Of a DNA stretch of 64,000 nt, positions 48,733 to 59,047 are shown piece by piece. The translations under genes were made by a program, and so were the position numbers. Position 1 is the stretch's first letter; each line of letters opens with the position of its first letter. The DNA is from a virus (taxonomy: Duplodnaviria > Caudoviricetes), in IMG/VR virus record IMGVR_UViG_3300031760_000001, positions 180,785-244,784 of that record, one strand, 5' to 3'. Below the pieces are notes generated by a model, which was not told the origin of the DNA, did not search any database, and saw only the letters and a program-made list of their open reading frames with translations.

Positions 48733-51210
48733 TTAATTATAAATATCATTGTATTGAAAAACAAAACCTTTTTCAACATTGTTATTTATGATATAATCAG
48801 TCAGTTTATCCTCCAACTGGAATTCAATTTCCCTTAATATAGGTCTTGCGCCATAATCACTTTCATTTTTCACTTTTTCAAAAATGGAATCAATTAATTT
48901 ACCAGTCAATATTTCATTATCCAGATGGTATCCAAGCGATTCAAGTTTGGTATTGACCTTTGCCACTTCATTGATGATAATCTGTCTTAAATTATCGTCA
49001 GTCAGTTTATTAAAATAACATATATTGTCTATACGATTTATAAATTCTGGTTTGAATGTCTTCTTGATTGCGTTTTTGATGATATCTCTGTCACGGTTTT
49101 CCTCATCATGGGCATTGAAACCGATATGTGCCATTTTTTCAGACACATCCTTGGCACCGATATTTGAAGTCATAATTATAATGACATTCTTGAAGTCCAC
49201 AACCGTTCCCTTGTTGTCACTCAATCTACCCTCATCAAACACTTGAAGGAAAACGTTGAACACTTCATCATTAGCCTTTTCAATCTCATCAAGCAGCAAC
49301 ACACAACGGTTGTTTTTCTTTATAGCTTCAGTCAAGACACCGCCGTCATCATAACCAACATAACCTGGGCTTGTACCGTACAGTTTGGCTGCACTTGTTT
49401 TATCTGAATATTCCGACATATCCAGGCGCACAATATTCTTTTCGTCACCGAACATTTCATACGCCAGTCTTTTAGCCAGGAAACTTTTACCAACACCAGT
49501 CGTACCAACAAACAGCATCACAATAGGCTTATTGGGGTTTGACAAACCAACTCTTTGTCTTCTGACAGCCCTTGTGATATCCTCAATGGCTTCATCCTGT
49601 CCAATGACAACTGAACGCAAATTATCTGACAGTGTTTTCAGTTTTTGTCTTTCATCATCATCCAGTTCAGTAAGTGGGATATTAAGCATTTGGGATACCG
49701 AAACACGTATGTCGGAAACCGTTATTTCGGTTCTTTGATTAGAATTGTTTAATCTGTTTTCAATCTGATTTATTTCGTTGTTTATCCTGATTTCCTCCCT
49801 TATCAACTGGTCTTTCCTGTCAAAGTCTTCAGCACTTGAACTGTTTGGTATTGAATTTTTTTCAATTTCAATTTCATTAAGTCTTTGACGTAGATTTCTG
49901 ATTGTTTCATTCTCACCCTCTTTCATTCTGACATACGCGCCAGTTGTGTCAATTATATTCAGGGCTGATGCTGGACAATTCTCGTTTGTTATGAATCTTT
50001 TCGCTAATCTGATACTCTCGTTTATACATTCATCACTAAATGACACGTTATTGTAGTCTTCATATATTTCCGATTTTGTTTTGACAATATCAAACAACAA
50101 CCCATCATCTGGAACCTTTATTTCGATTTTGTTTACTAGTCTTTCAAAATCAGGTTTTGATTTGACATATTTTGCGTATGCGTTTTCATTCATTGTGAAT
50201 ATGGTACAAACACTCTGGGTTTTAAACAATTCAGTTAGGAACATATAAGTGTTAGCTTCATTCTCCTTGTTGGCAAACATATTCTCGGTCTTATCAATGA
50301 ATCCTATATATTTGTTCATTTTAACCATTTCCTTTACAATGAGGCTTGTGATTGTGTCGCCAAATTCCATGACGTATTTATCCCTGAACTGTTTCGGGCA
50401 ATTCTGTTCATATATCCTTTTAGCCAACAAATTAACAATGGTTGTCTTTCCAACACCACTTGGTCCTACAATAGCCACCGTATTTCTTTCATATTTGCTG
50501 AAAATATTGAATATCTTGTCAATGATGTCATCATATCCAATCAAGTTGTCATATGCGCCTGTCGATGCGATTCTAACAAGATTCTTGCAGTTGGTTTCAA
50601 CAATATTGTTTTCGTTTGGTATCACCCTGTTCGGCTGTGTATTTCCAGTTTTACCGAGGAATTTGTTAAGCTCATCAATGGTAAGAGTTGTTGCGCCTGA
50701 ATCGGAATCAATGGATTTCGTTTTTTTCCTGTTCCATTTGTTCGCTTTTATCTCCTTGTTATTGACATTTGCTGTGGTGTTATATGCTATCACAGTGTCA
50801 TTAACCTGGTCTGGTGTAACTCCGAGCATTGTCAATTGCTTAACTATTTCAGGGTCATTGTTTATTATTGAATTCAACATCAATGAACTGGTAACAAGAC
50901 TGGCACCGCTATCCATAATCTCGCCAGCCAGTCTGTCATATACATCGGAAAACTCTGGTTTGTCATTCTGTTTCATACTCTCAGCGCCATCAATCATGAT
51001 TCGGTCAATAACATATTGTTTGAATTCGTTGATAGTGCTATCCATCATCAATTTAGAAATGACGTTGTATGCGTCACACGACTTCTCCTCAATCATAGCC
51101 AACAGAAGATAGTTGGGTGTGATTATCTGTATCGGAAACTCAACTATATACTGCTGTTTTATTTTATTAATAAGTGATTTTAGTTCATAAGATAGTATAG
51201 GCTCTGCCAT
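48733..51210 (-). CDS. ClpC/ClpA-like AAA+ unfoldase (degenerate first ATPase ring)
   Basis: Clp N-domain-like start; D1 GPSGVGKT with Walker B FIDKTE; D2 GTTGVGKS, RLDMSEY, PGYVGYDDGG, LLDEIEKA, IGF, FKPEFINRID, YGARP. Confidence 0.9.
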   Translation of the reverse strand: MAEPILSYELKSLINKIKQQYIVEFPIQIITPNYLLLAMIEEKSCDAYNVISKLMMDSTINEFKQYVIDRIMIDGAESMKQNDKPEFSDVYDRLAGEIMDSGASLVTSSLMLNSIINNDPEIVKQLTMLGVTPDQVNDTVIAYNTTANVNNKEIKANKWNRKKTKSIDSDSGATTLTIDELNKFLGKTGNTQPNRVIPNENNIVETNCKNLVRIASTGAYDNLIGYDDIIDKIFNIFSKYERNTVAIVGPSGVGKTTIVNLLAKRIYEQNCPKQFRDKYVMEFGDTITSLIVKEMVKMNKYIGFIDKTENMFANKENEANTYMFLTELFKTQSVCTIFTMNENAYAKYVKSKPDFERLVNKIEIKVPDDGLLFDIVKTKSEIYEDYNNVSFSDECINESIRLAKRFITNENCPASALNIIDTTGAYVRMKEGENETIRNLRQRLNEIEIEKNSIPNSSSAEDFDRKDQLIREEIRINNEINQIENRLNNSNQRTEITVSDIRVSVSQMLNIPLTELDDDERQKLKTLSDNLRSVVIGQDEAIEDITRAVRRQRVGLSNPNKPIVMLFVGTTGVGKSFLAKRLAYEMFGDEKNIVRLDMSEYSDKTSAAKLYGTSPGYVGYDDGGVLTEAIKKNNRCVLLLDEIEKANDEVFNVFLQVFDEGRLSDNKGTVVDFKNVIIIMTSNIGAKDVSEKMAHIGFNAHDEENRDRDIIKNAIKKTFKPEFINRIDNICYFNKLTDDNLRQIIINEVAKVNTKLESLGYHLDNEILTGKLIDSIFEKVKNESDYGARPILREIEFQLEDKLTDYIINNNVEKGFVFQYNDIYN

Positions 51211-51233
51211 AATCTCAAATTTCTATTTTCTAT

Positions 51234-51277
51234 AATATAAATATTTTTTTGTCTATTATCAAAAAATGTTGTATATT
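51234..51277. promoter_or_regulatory. Overlapping divergent class B elements: TTGATA-N17-TATATT (-) and TTGTCT-N17-TATATT (+)
   Basis: Both have exact 17-nt spacers, between divergent genes. Confidence 0.65.
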
Positions 51278-51283
51278 TATGGT

Positions 51284-51859
51284 ATGAACGATAACAAAAA
51301 ATTAAAAGTAATTAACCTCTACGGAGGACCAGGAACAGGAAAGTCAACAACCGCTGCTGCGTTGTTTGCACTTATGAAACGTAATGGAATAAACGTTGAG
51401 TTAGTCACGGAGTTCGCCAAAGATTTGGTTTGGACTGAAAGAAACAAGGAACTTGGTGACCAGATTTACATTTTCGGTAAAATGTACCATAAACTTTGGA
51501 GATTGAGAGACAAAGTTGATTATGTCATTATCGACAGCCCATTGCCTTTGTGTGTTTACTATGACAAAGAAGGTTTACCAGGCTTCAAGGATTTAGTCTT
51601 TAATATGTATAATACATTTACCAATTACAATTTCCGTTTAAAAAGACATTTCAAATATCAGGAAGAGGGTAGATATCAAACTGAGTCAGAGGCTGATAAA
51701 GTTGATATTGATTTAATTAAACTGGTTGAAGATAATGGCATACAGATAACCGAAATAAAAGGTACGGATGGTTCACCCGAAAAAAAGATTTTCCATGCAA
51801 TATTCGGAAAACCACAAACAAAAACACAAATGAATTTTGAACACGATATAATCTATTAA
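51284..51859 (+). CDS. P-loop kinase/ATPase (NadR/AAA_28-like)
   Basis: INLYGGPGTGKSTTAA, ELVTEFAK, IIDSPL, GRYQ. Confidence 0.75.
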   Translation: MNDNKKLKVINLYGGPGTGKSTTAAALFALMKRNGINVELVTEFAKDLVWTERNKELGDQIYIFGKMYHKLWRLRDKVDYVIIDSPLPLCVYYDKEGLPGFKDLVFNMYNTFTNYNFRLKRHFKYQEEGRYQTESEADKVDIDLIKLVEDNGIQITEIKGTDGSPEKKIFHAIFGKPQTKTQMNFEHDIIY

Positions 51860-51861
51860 AA

Positions 51862-52371
51862 ATGAGTAAAATTTATAACAAATACGTAAAAAACGAAGAC
51901 CACACTTGGTATGACAGCAGTAACATTATTTACAGTGTGCTCTTTGACGGTGACAAGAAGTCACTGAAGATTGTCTTTAAAGCTGGTAGAACATATTTGT
52001 ATAAAGATGTTATGCCACATGACTATGTTCTTTTCCGTGACGCTGAATCCAATGGAGTTGCATTTAACCAATACATCAAGAAATATGACTGTGTTCGCCA
52101 GGATGACACTTCATTGGATGAACTGGAGAAAATGAAACAGGATTTTATTAAATCCGATAATCTTACGGAATACAGGCTTCACATTGACTACAACAACGAA
52201 ACTGGTGAGTTCAAACTGAAACTTAATGATAGTTTAATATATGAAGGTATCGAAGGTCAGGTTTCCATTATTAATCTGTTCAAATCAATGAAACTTGACT
52301 ATACAATGTCAGAAACCGAGGAACACAACCAAACAAACGAACAATTTGAAAACGCTTCAATTATAAGGTAA
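51862..52371 (+). CDS. KTSC-domain protein
   Basis: DSSNI...Y...L.IVFK.G.TY.Y.DV...F..AES.G.AFN.YIK. Confidence 0.75.
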   Translation: MSKIYNKYVKNEDHTWYDSSNIIYSVLFDGDKKSLKIVFKAGRTYLYKDVMPHDYVLFRDAESNGVAFNQYIKKYDCVRQDDTSLDELEKMKQDFIKSDNLTEYRLHIDYNNETGEFKLKLNDSLIYEGIEGQVSIINLFKSMKLDYTMSETEEHNQTNEQFENASIIR

Positions 52372-53258
52372 TGAGTAGTTTAGAGTTATTAAATAAAATA
52401 AACGATTACACAGAAGACCATTGTTATCAGTACCAGCGCAGGATTGATACTCTTGAAGAGGATAAAAAAAACCTGGGGTGGGATGACGAGTTCATTAAAA
52501 ACATAAATTTGGATGAATTTGAGTTTTCATATATTGAGTCGAAAGAAGACAAAAAGGATGCAACTGATTTCATCAAAAGATATGAATGGCTTGGTACGAT
52601 AGGTTCTTTTCCCACACATTGGTTTATTGCCAAATACAGGGGTATTATCGGTGGTGTTGTGATTATGGGTATGCCCAACGCTTTTTCAAAACTACTTGGG
52701 GAAGGCACCGAGAAAAAAGAGCGTCTTATCGCGCGTGGTGCATCAGCTTCATGGACACCAATGAATCTTGGAAGCAAATTCCTTATGTGGGCTATTAAAT
52801 GGATGGTTGACAATACAGATTACCGTTTGTTCACTTGTTACAGTGACCCACAAGCAAAGGAACTTGGTTCAATATACCAGGGTTTGAACTTCTATTATCT
52901 TGGTCAAGGAAGTGGCACTAATACCAGATGCATCAACCCATATAACCCAGAGAAATTGGTGTCAGACAGAGCATTTAGAGCCAGAAGTTTCTATAAAAGA
53001 TATGCCAAAGACCTTGGTATACAATGGCAAAAGAACTGGAACAATGACCAAAGGATGTTATGGGAAAACATACCTGATGATGTTGAGGAAAAACTACGTG
53101 AATATTCCAAAATGATGTATCAGAAAGCAGAGAAAATAACATTCCCATCAAAACACAAATACGCTTTTGTGTTAGGCAGGGATAAAAGAGAAACTAAGGC
53201 ACTGAAGAAAAAATTCGAGGAATTGAACAAAACGTATCCTTATCCAAAAGAAAGATAA
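52371..53258 (+). CDS. Mom-like GNAT DNA adenine modification enzyme
   Basis: FIKRYEWLG, LIARGA, N..SKF, CYSDPQAKELGSIYQGLNFYYLG, KHKY. Confidence 0.7.
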   Translation: MSSLELLNKINDYTEDHCYQYQRRIDTLEEDKKNLGWDDEFIKNINLDEFEFSYIESKEDKKDATDFIKRYEWLGTIGSFPTHWFIAKYRGIIGGVVIMGMPNAFSKLLGEGTEKKERLIARGASASWTPMNLGSKFLMWAIKWMVDNTDYRLFTCYSDPQAKELGSIYQGLNFYYLGQGSGTNTRCINPYNPEKLVSDRAFRARSFYKRYAKDLGIQWQKNWNNDQRMLWENIPDDVEEKLREYSKMMYQKAEKITFPSKHKYAFVLGRDKRETKALKKKFEELNKTYPYPKER

Positions 53259-53267
53259 AAAATTTAA

Positions 53268-53294
53268 AGAAAAAAACCATAAAATTTGGTTATA
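53268..53294 (+). promoter_or_regulatory. Class A motif AGAAAAAA-N9-TTTGGTTATA
   Basis: Same spacing as the other three copies. Confidence 0.65.
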
Positions 53295-53332
53295 TAAAAT
53301 AACGAATAATAAAATTTAATACATTATTAATT

Positions 53333-54112
53333 ATGACTGACAAAACTAAAAGATTTTTTGCTGATGAAGTTGGAAGTTGTGCAGAGGACTTCACCAAGGC
53401 AATTGTTGATGAATTGAGAAATTCAATTGAAAACATTAAAAAATACTACAAATTAAGTGACGAAGAATTGTGTGAATTGTTGGGTGTTCATGAAAATTAC
53501 TTGAATGATATGTGCAATCATGAGGATGTTGACTGTGACATTGATTTGAGAACAATAGGAATCCTGACACTACTTTCAAACGGAAGACTGTCAGTTCTCA
53601 CAGACACACCAAATGGTGAAATGTTCAACAAAATCAACCGTATCATCAAGGACTATAAAGATGAAAAGGAACCTAAGAACGAATCGAATGAGATTGTTGA
53701 TAAGATAAGTGAAGTTCTTAAAATGTTCGGTGTCAATACTGAAACTGATTTGGATAACCTTTTGAAGGCTGTTAAGGATGCTAGAGGTATTATCAACAAA
53801 TACGATGATAAAATAGACAACAAATGCTGCAAATGCAACAAAACCGAAGCTAAAGAGAACAGCAAAACCAGTAAACGTATACACATAGATTCCGAGCCAA
53901 CTGAATCAGAACCTATTTATGTTGATGAAAAGGGTAATTTCCATTCACAAAAACCTTACAAGGCTGAGGATTGCAAGACAAATGAAGACAACAAGGTAAG
54001 CGGATATGTCTATAATAGCAAAACTATGGACAAACCAGAAATCTTTAACTTCAAGGGCAGTCTTGACAAGATTATCCCAACCTTTTATGAAATGATTAGT
54101 AGAATACTTTAA
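53333..54112 (+). CDS. Hypothetical protein with N-terminal HTH-like segment
   Basis: LSDEELCELLGVHENYL. Confidence 0.5.
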   Translation: MTDKTKRFFADEVGSCAEDFTKAIVDELRNSIENIKKYYKLSDEELCELLGVHENYLNDMCNHEDVDCDIDLRTIGILTLLSNGRLSVLTDTPNGEMFNKINRIIKDYKDEKEPKNESNEIVDKISEVLKMFGVNTETDLDNLLKAVKDARGIINKYDDKIDNKCCKCNKTEAKENSKTSKRIHIDSEPTESEPIYVDEKGNFHSQKPYKAEDCKTNEDNKVSGYVYNSKTMDKPEIFNFKGSLDKIIPTFYEMISRIL

Positions 54113-54113
54113 T

Positions 54114-54401
54114 ATGAAAACAGGAGCAGAATTAATTGCTGATGAAAGAAAGCGTCAGATAGAAGTGGAAGGATGGACCCCTGAACACGACGATGAACAC
54201 ATTAACGGCGAATTAGCCCACGCTGCTGCTTGCTATGCCTACCCATACAGGGGAAAACGACTTGATTATGTTGGATGGCCTGAGGGATGGTCACTTGACT
54301 GGTACAAACCAACGCCAGAAGATAGAATAAAAGAGCTTGCAAAAGCTGGTGCCCTTATTGCAGCTGAAATTGACAGACTACAGACATTAAACAAAGAATA
54401 A
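54114..54401 (+). CDS. Conserved phage protein (Ead/Ea22-associated-like domain)
   Basis: IADERKRQIEVEGWTPEHDDEH..GELA.AAACYA..WP..W..WYKP..ELAKAGALI.AEI.RL. Confidence 0.65.
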   Translation: MKTGAELIADERKRQIEVEGWTPEHDDEHINGELAHAAACYAYPYRGKRLDYVGWPEGWSLDWYKPTPEDRIKELAKAGALIAAEIDRLQTLNKE

Positions 54402-56162
54402 ATGACTGAATATAAAGATATACTAGGTAAAATACCATCCATATACCAAGAAAAAATTTTTAATTTCGTTGAGCATGGAAGTGGTAACGCAGTTATTAAA
54501 GCAAGAGCTGGTAGCGGAAAAACCGCTACCATTATTGCTTGTATGAAACTGGTTCCACGAAAAAAGTCATGCATATTCCTTGCATTCAACAAATCAGTCA
54601 AGGAAGAGATTGAAAAGAAACTTGTCGGTTATGAGAACTGTACAGTCAAAACTGTGCATGGTTTAGGTTATGGTATATTATCAAGTCATCTGAAGGCTCA
54701 ACCAAAAGTTGACGAATTCAAGTATAATACATTCCTAAGACATAATTTATCTGAATTAAGTGAGGCAAAACTTACGCAAAAAAAGGATATTGACGAGTAT
54801 TGCAACAATGTAATCCAAATACTTGAGTTTTCTAGAATGAACCTAGCCCAGTCAAACAGGGAAGTTGAAAAGATTGCCCAGGAATATGGTATATTACACG
54901 ATAATGATGAAGTCAGTGTGGTTGTAAAACTGATGAAATGGGGCAAGAAAAACCTCCAGACAGTCGATTTCACTGATTTGGTATGGCTCCCCTATGAACT
55001 TGACATACCACCGAAACAATACAAATATGACTGGATTTTCAATGATGAGGCACAGGATTATTCAGTAGCATATGTGAAATTGTTTACCAGATGTTTCAAA
55101 CGCGGAACCAGGTTTGTTTCCTGTGGTGATGAATATCAGTCAATCAACCAGTTTGCTGGAGCATCTGAACATGCGTTTGAAACCATGATTGGCATGCCAA
55201 ATACCCAAGTGTTTGATTTACCTATGTCATATCGTTGTGACACAGCAATAATTGAGGAAGCAAAACGCTTTGTTTCGGATATCATACCAAGAGGTGATGC
55301 TGGTATTGGTTTGGTTAAATATGACACTAAGATAAGTGAGATAAAAGACAATGACTTGGTATTATCCAGAACTAATGCCGCATTGTTCAAACTGTATACC
55401 AAACTTATTAAAATGAATAAGGGGTGTTATATAAAGGGTAATGATGACGACAAGAATAAGTTACTGTCTGTGATAGAGAAGTACCGTGTGGGTGAAGAAC
55501 TTGGTAAAAAGTTTGAGCGTGATGGGTTGTTTCCAAGATTGTATGACAAGATGATAAATGAGAGAAACAAACTGGTGGATGGCGGTCTGGATATGATTGA
55601 TGCAATCAACACACAAGCCGTTCAGTCAAGATATGACACAATATCCTCATTGGTAACATTGTCAGTCAATTGCAATACTGTCACTGAATTGGTTAATAAA
55701 ATCAATAAGATATACAGTCGCAGTGACACTGGCATATGTTTGTCAACAATACATAAAGCAAAAGGTCTTGAAGCAGACAATGTACATATAATTTGCCGTT
55801 CAGTTATGCCACAGAAATATGCCAAAACCAAATCTGAAATACAGCAGGAGAGGAATCTTATATATGTGGCTATTACAAGAGCAAAACACAAGTTGTGTTA
55901 TGTGTCAGAAAAGGAATTTCCGCCAGTAAGGGTTATGGATAATGACAGTGATGAATTGACCGAATTCAAATACATTGAGTCAATGGTATGCAAGTTGTAT
56001 AACAAGGAACCTTATGTGCCAATTGCCAATGCTGACATTTCCAAATTCAGGTTAAATAACGCTACCAAAATTGAATCTATGCACAAAAATGACAATAAAA
56101 AGGTTATTTCACAACCAATAAAAAAACAATCTAAATTAATTGATAAATTACTTCAGCAATAA
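54402..56162 (+). CDS. UvrD/Rep superfamily 1 helicase
   Basis: ARAGSGKT, LAFN, TVH, DEAQD, GD.YQSI..F.GA, SYRC, RTNA, STIHKAKGLEAD, YVAITRAK. Confidence 0.92.
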   Translation: MTEYKDILGKIPSIYQEKIFNFVEHGSGNAVIKARAGSGKTATIIACMKLVPRKKSCIFLAFNKSVKEEIEKKLVGYENCTVKTVHGLGYGILSSHLKAQPKVDEFKYNTFLRHNLSELSEAKLTQKKDIDEYCNNVIQILEFSRMNLAQSNREVEKIAQEYGILHDNDEVSVVVKLMKWGKKNLQTVDFTDLVWLPYELDIPPKQYKYDWIFNDEAQDYSVAYVKLFTRCFKRGTRFVSCGDEYQSINQFAGASEHAFETMIGMPNTQVFDLPMSYRCDTAIIEEAKRFVSDIIPRGDAGIGLVKYDTKISEIKDNDLVLSRTNAALFKLYTKLIKMNKGCYIKGNDDDKNKLLSVIEKYRVGEELGKKFERDGLFPRLYDKMINERNKLVDGGLDMIDAINTQAVQSRYDTISSLVTLSVNCNTVTELVNKINKIYSRSDTGICLSTIHKAKGLEADNVHIICRSVMPQKYAKTKSEIQQERNLIYVAITRAKHKLCYVSEKEFPPVRVMDNDSDELTEFKYIESMVCKLYNKEPYVPIANADISKFRLNNATKIESMHKNDNKKVISQPIKKQSKLIDKLLQQ

Positions 56163-56163
56163 T

Positions 56164-56955
56164 ATGGAGAAGGGATTTACATTAGTTATACCACTTTACA
56201 ACAAAGTATTCTGTGTTAGAAAGACGCTTGACAGTGTACTAAACAACCACGGTACTTATTCTTTCAAGTGTATTATTATTGATGACGATTCAACTGACGG
56301 CAGTTCTGAAATTGCAGAAGAATATGACACTAAATATCCTGATGTGTTTATGTATGTAAAAAAGAAACATAAAGGAAACAAGACTTCTGTCTTTGCCAAG
56401 AATTTTGCATTAAAACTTGTTGACACTGAATATGTCGGCTTTTTAGATGCTGATGATGAGTTGTGTCCTGGATTCATAGACAGGGGTTGTTCGTTTTTGG
56501 ACGAACATCCAGAATATAACGCATATGGAAACGGTTTTATTTATAACAGGATTAACGAAAACGGCGAGGAATACTCATGGAACTGTAATTACATAACAAA
56601 TGGCTCTTTGGATTTTCCTGCAGCGATTACAGGAAATAATTTCGGAATAACTTTTTGCGCACATATATACAAAACTGAGCTGGTAAAACAACACCCGTTT
56701 GCCAACACCTATCACGAAGGGTTTGTCTTTAAATTCAAATACATTTATTACAACCAACCAATATACATTGACAATTCCACTTGTGAAAGTATCAAATACA
56801 ACGAGCAAAATAGTGAAAGTTATGATACCTGGGAAGTGCAGAAAGATAACGAAGGTTTATATGAAAAGATATTCAAAGCTTTGGATGATGAGATACCTGG
56901 TTTTGAATATGGTTTAAATAAAACAGATAATGGATATCTAGTATATATAAGATAA
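56164..56955 (+). CDS. GT2 glycosyltransferase (paralog 1)
   Basis: VIPLYN, IDDDSTDGS, FLDADD. Confidence 0.9.
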   Translation: MEKGFTLVIPLYNKVFCVRKTLDSVLNNHGTYSFKCIIIDDDSTDGSSEIAEEYDTKYPDVFMYVKKKHKGNKTSVFAKNFALKLVDTEYVGFLDADDELCPGFIDRGCSFLDEHPEYNAYGNGFIYNRINENGEEYSWNCNYITNGSLDFPAAITGNNFGITFCAHIYKTELVKQHPFANTYHEGFVFKFKYIYYNQPIYIDNSTCESIKYNEQNSESYDTWEVQKDNEGLYEKIFKALDDEIPGFEYGLNKTDNGYLVYIR

Positions 56956-56956
56956 T

Positions 56957-57748
56957 ATGGAAAAGGGATTCACATTAATTATACCACTTTACAACAAAGT
57001 GTTCTGTGTTGGAAGAACACTTGACAATGTGTTAAATAGCCACGGTTCATACCCGTTTAAGTGCATTATTGTTGACGATGATTCCACGGACGGTAGTTCC
57101 GAAATTGCTGAAGAATATGATATCAAATATCCTGATATATTTAAATACTACAAAATAAAACACCATGGAAACAAGAATCCAGTAAATGCTAGGAACTTCG
57201 GTATCAAGATAACTGAAACTGAATACATTGGATTCCTGGATGCGGATGATGAGTTGTGCCCTGGATTCATTGATAGGGGTTGTACATTTTTGGATGAACA
57301 TCCTGAATACAGTTTGTATTCAAACGGGCACAAGATATGTTCCATTAATTCTGAAGGGAACCGTGAATATTCAACCAGAAACTATTCATCCAATGAAATT
57401 AATACCTTTGCCGACTGTTTATTTGCTGGTACACAGGATGTGCATTTCAGTTCAAGTATATATAAAACAGAATTGGTTAAACAAAACCTGTTCACAGATG
57501 TTATATGTGAGGACGCTATTTTTAAACTAAAATATATAAGTAACAATTTACCTATATACATAGATAACACCACTTGTGAAAGTTTTATTTGGAACGTTTT
57601 TAACAGTGAAAGTTATCAATGGCATAAACAGAGGAGCGATTTATCACTTAACCAAGAAATAGTTGAAACAATGAAAAACGAAATACCAAATTCTGGCTGT
57701 GATTTTTGGGTGAATGAAAATGACGTTATATGTTTACAGACACATTAA
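56957..57748 (+). CDS. GT2 glycosyltransferase (paralog 2)
   Basis: IIPLYN, VDDDSTDGS, ARNFG, FLDADD; near-identical N-half to paralog 1. Confidence 0.9.
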   Translation: MEKGFTLIIPLYNKVFCVGRTLDNVLNSHGSYPFKCIIVDDDSTDGSSEIAEEYDIKYPDIFKYYKIKHHGNKNPVNARNFGIKITETEYIGFLDADDELCPGFIDRGCTFLDEHPEYSLYSNGHKICSINSEGNREYSTRNYSSNEINTFADCLFAGTQDVHFSSSIYKTELVKQNLFTDVICEDAIFKLKYISNNLPIYIDNTTCESFIWNVFNSESYQWHKQRSDLSLNQEIVETMKNEIPNSGCDFWVNENDVICLQTH

Positions 57749-57776
57749 AAAAAGGTCTCTGTTTTAGAGACCTTTT
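57747..57776. terminator. Bidirectional terminator
   Basis: AAAAGGTCTCT-loop-AGAGACCTTTT. Confidence 0.85.
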
Positions 57777-57802
57777 CTTTTTTATTTTTATTCTTTATAG
57801 TC

Positions 57803-59011
57803 TTACACAAAATTAAGTGTGATACCGATAGTGGTTGGGTCAATGACAGTGTTTTGTTTGTTAACACCGTATGCATATACAACCTGGTTGTGTTCACCCA
57901 TGTTATTGGCAGTAACCTTAACACCATTGTATTTGCAGTTCTTGACATTGATTGTCCAAGTTGAAATCTCGGTGTAATCACCATTAAGTGCATGGTCAGT
58001 GCTTGCAGGTTGGTAGATAGCAAGACCAGCCCAAGCCCAATCTGAACCGTCAGGTGTACCCTCTTCGTATGTCCATTCAATATTCTCAAAGTTTACAACA
58101 ACATTCTTTGCGTTAAGATAGTTGGCAAGTCTGATGACATTTGAATTGTTGGCATTCAAATTGAATTTTGAATCCTTGATTGTAATAACAGCATCATCAG
58201 CTGGAGTGTAAACATTGATTAAATTGTGGGTCAAACTTGGATTGTCAATGTTGATTTTGCTTGCGTTAAGCTCGTGAAGACCGTCATAGTTTTCATTGGT
58301 TGACTGTGCACCCTCAAACATGTTGTAAACAGTGGTTTCGGTATCTTTGTCAACAGTGACGTTCTTAATATCAACAACAGGTGCTGTGTATATGATTTTA
58401 CCATTGCTTGAACCTTTGTCACCTGACACTGTAACAGTGTCAATAGTCAGTTTGTCAACAGCGTTGTATTTAACTGAACTTGACACATTGGCTTCGGCAA
58501 CCATAAGTTCTTTGTAATAATTGTCACTGGTCATAGCATTTGCTGTATCGTCACCTACAAGTGCTACCTTAACCTCTTCGGTATTCTCTGTCGGTATATC
58601 CTCAGGGGTATCGGCTTCTTCATAATCCGATGGGATTACTGGACCTTCCTCTGGGTCACCATACAAATGAAGGTCGTCAGCTTCATTGCCATAATAGTTC
58701 AATGGCTCACCAGCTGGATATTCACGCTGCAACGCATTGTCCTCACCATAGGCTTTGGTTTCCAATGCTGTTGGAAGCATATTCTCGTTATTGGTGAAAA
58801 ATGACATTTGGTCGCTGTGTTGTTCTGAGTAATCATCTGCGCTCATTGGTTCAGCTACTGTATTATAAGCGTCATCAACAACAGTCTCATTAATGAAACC
58901 TTTTTCCTCAAATTCGTTGATTCCGCTTTCATCACCAGCAGGAACATTTACAGCATACTTTTCTTCCTCAAAACCCCAAGCGGCAAAAGGATTTCTGGTA
59001 TCTAATTTCAT
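57803..59011 (-). CDS. Acidic N-module plus beta-helix-like C-terminal domain (probable virion protein)
   Basis: First ~120 aa nearly identical to the 59048-59497 product; beta-rich Asn/Val/Ile C-terminus. Confidence 0.65.
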   Translation of the reverse strand: MKLDTRNPFAAWGFEEEKYAVNVPAGDESGINEFEEKGFINETVVDDAYNTVAEPMSADDYSEQHSDQMSFFTNNENMLPTALETKAYGEDNALQREYPAGEPLNYYGNEADDLHLYGDPEEGPVIPSDYEEADTPEDIPTENTEEVKVALVGDDTANAMTSDNYYKELMVAEANVSSSVKYNAVDKLTIDTVTVSGDKGSSNGKIIYTAPVVDIKNVTVDKDTETTVYNMFEGAQSTNENYDGLHELNASKINIDNPSLTHNLINVYTPADDAVITIKDSKFNLNANNSNVIRLANYLNAKNVVVNFENIEWTYEEGTPDGSDWAWAGLAIYQPASTDHALNGDYTEISTWTINVKNCKYNGVKVTANNMGEHNQVVYAYGVNKQNTVIDPTTIGITLNFV

Positions 59012-59047
59012 TTTATTTTTCCTTATTCTTTAATTTTATTTAAATTC

